This document shows, piece by piece, positions 62,296 through 64,000 of a stretch of 64,000 bases of DNA. Each line of letters begins with the position of its first letter. Within the stretch, counting starts at the first letter, position 1. The notes under the pieces are model-generated. The model made no database searches and was not told the DNA's origin. It saw only the letters and a program-made list of their open reading frames with translations. The translations under genes were made by a program, and so were the position numbers. Origin of the DNA: Orbicella franksi (Eukaryota); NCBI GenBank assembly GCA_964199315.1, contig OZ116710.1:19282001-19346000 (forward strand), in the 5' to 3' direction.

Positions 62296-62679
62296 TTACA
62301 TTCCATACTCGTTCTTAACCCAGTCAACTATGTCTTTAGAATTCTTGAGGTGCCCCGCGATTTTACTATCTACTGTACTGTTAGATAGTGAACCAGTTAC
62401 GGCGTTTATTGTCCCCTTTGTTGCGACACATAAAGGTCGGTTCCAGTCCTTTTTGTGAGTATTTTGCAAATGAAATTCTGGAAAGAGTTTCAAAGCCATA
62501 TAAAAGTCTTTGTCTTTTGAGGGCAGATTGTGGGAGTTTTGCTTGTCGTCTAAGCTTTGCAAACTGGTAGTTATGATGCCTGAGGAAGCTGGGAGGTAAG
62601 TATCGTCTTGTGCTTCATTGGCTACCGTTCTCAAAGCACGTGATCTTTCCTGTATTCCACTTTCACCCCGCTTGTGCAT
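62296..62679 (-). CDS. Family member C2, 127 aa (RALRTVANE ... KLFPEFH ... DIVDWVKNEYGM*)
   Basis: ATG start, variant motifs in the family order. Confidence 0.8.
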   Translation of the reverse strand: MHKRGESGIQERSRALRTVANEAQDDTYLPASSGIITTSLQSLDDKQNSHNLPSKDKDFYMALKLFPEFHLQNTHKKDWNRPLCVATKGTINAVTGSLSNSTVDSKIAGHLKNSKDIVDWVKNEYGM

Positions 62680-62922
62680 TTAGAACATACTATGGTTTAG
62701 CTCATCGATGTCAGAGGTGATACTTAAACAGGGACAACCAGTGTTCTTACTGAATTACACGTTGTATTCCTCAAATTATAACCTTAACTTGCAGATGACC
62801 ACGCCAGTCAAGAATTGCTCTCTCCCCACAGTATTTGTTGACTCGCTTTTTACCACTGAACAAAAGCATTGTAATATATATTATATACCTGAACCTAATA
62901 CTGGAGTATGTGATCGTTCACT

Positions 62923-62994
62923 TTACGTAAGGTACACGTCACCTGTATCGACTTGTAGCTTCAGATCACGTCAGCCTTCGATCAGGCTCACGTA
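62923..62994 (-). promoter_or_regulatory. Cluster of ACGT-core bZIP-type sites upstream of C2
   Basis: TTACGTAA at 62923-62930, CACGTCA at 62935-62941 and 62967-62973, CACGTA at 62989-62994. Confidence 0.45.
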
Positions 62995-64000
62995 TTCTCG
63001 GTTTAGCACGTTTTTCCTTTTATGATACAGAGGTGAGATCGTTTCTGATCTTAAACTTCCCTTCGTTGTACAAAAACTCCGAAAGCAAGCGAGCGTTACA
63101 CTCTGTTTCTGCATTATATCTCAATACGAACCTAAACAAAAGGCAAGTAAGGATTCTTGTTCCACTATGCAAATCATGGAAAACAGTACTGACGGGTTTG
63201 TAGACGTTTCCTTGTTCAAAGTTGATCTGTTCCGGTTGTTAATATGGCAGGCATCCGCGTCGTAATTCATGATGTTTCATAGCGTCAAGCCTTCCTCACA
63301 AAATGTTTTTGAGTTTAGCAATAGATGGGTAACCTTTACCGTTATTCATAGACGTATTTTCGTTGAGATTTTTTTCTACCTTTTTGAAATGTTCCTCGTT
63401 GTCTTAAGATAGGCTGTGCAAGTCAAACGCTTCATTTTACTTATTATTCATTTTGTTAATTGTCGCAGGAATGATAAATTGCTTCGCTGAAGGAACGGCT
63501 GAAAGTTCTAGCGATGTTCAATATAGCATCAGCAACATTGCTATCTATGTTGCGCAATTCAAGTCATTTATCACTAAATGAAACGCTGATCAACGAGGGA
63601 GCATATTAAAAGAGCGACTGACGGTTGACAATGGAAAGACTTCAACATATCACTACGTCGGTATAACATGTAAACTTTTGATAGCAGCTGTTAAGTTTTT
63701 ATCGACAGAAAACAATTGTATCAGTAAACCTAGACCACGATCATGATTTTCTTTGTTTGAACTCGTTGAATTGTTTGTGAGTCTAGGAAGAGCAGACGCA
63801 GACTCCGCCATCCATGCCAAGGCTCTACTAATCGGACCATGACCCACCAGGGCTTCATTGTTCGCTATAAAAGCTTCTTCTATTAATTTCTCCGATATTT
63901 TTAGTTTAATAAAGATGTGTTTTACCCGTCCACCACATGTTTTCAGTGGTAACAATTTTTGTGAGAAAATGCTGTTACATCAAGCAGTTATAGAGCGCCC

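Overview
AT-rich eukaryotic genomic DNA. The interspersed repeats look like those I associate with stony corals (Scleractinia); this is pattern recognition, not a search result. There are no rRNA, true tRNA or CRISPR features. The dominant structure is a cluster, spanning about 61 kb, of 19 loci of one uncharacterised family of apparently intronless small-protein genes (93-180 aa): 13 intact ORFs, 2 ORFs that survive behind a shared early stop, and 4 pseudogenes or relics. There are also 3 duplicated 3'-end fragments. The members are otherwise unalignable but share a motif skeleton: an optional N-terminal R-x(0-2)-LxTIxE plus acidic patch (matching the PP2A-B56 docking consensus LxxIxE), a central phi-x-x-phi-FP[ED]FF, and a C-terminal W-x3/4-[FY]G near the stop. 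Paralogues have exchanged modules: one carries a PP1-type RKVSF, two start with Met-Cys-Arg-Phe (candidate oxygen-sensitive Cys N-degron), and a young tandem subfamily (35.5-52 kb) carries a basic KKRRLS patch and shows birth-and-death turnover. The intergenic DNA holds MITEs, a foldback-like element, SINE and Penelope relics, microsatellites, and possible exons of a spliced minus-strand gene. Several starts in the ORF track are TTG/GTG and were moved to the first in-frame ATG. I could not assign a known gene name to the family.
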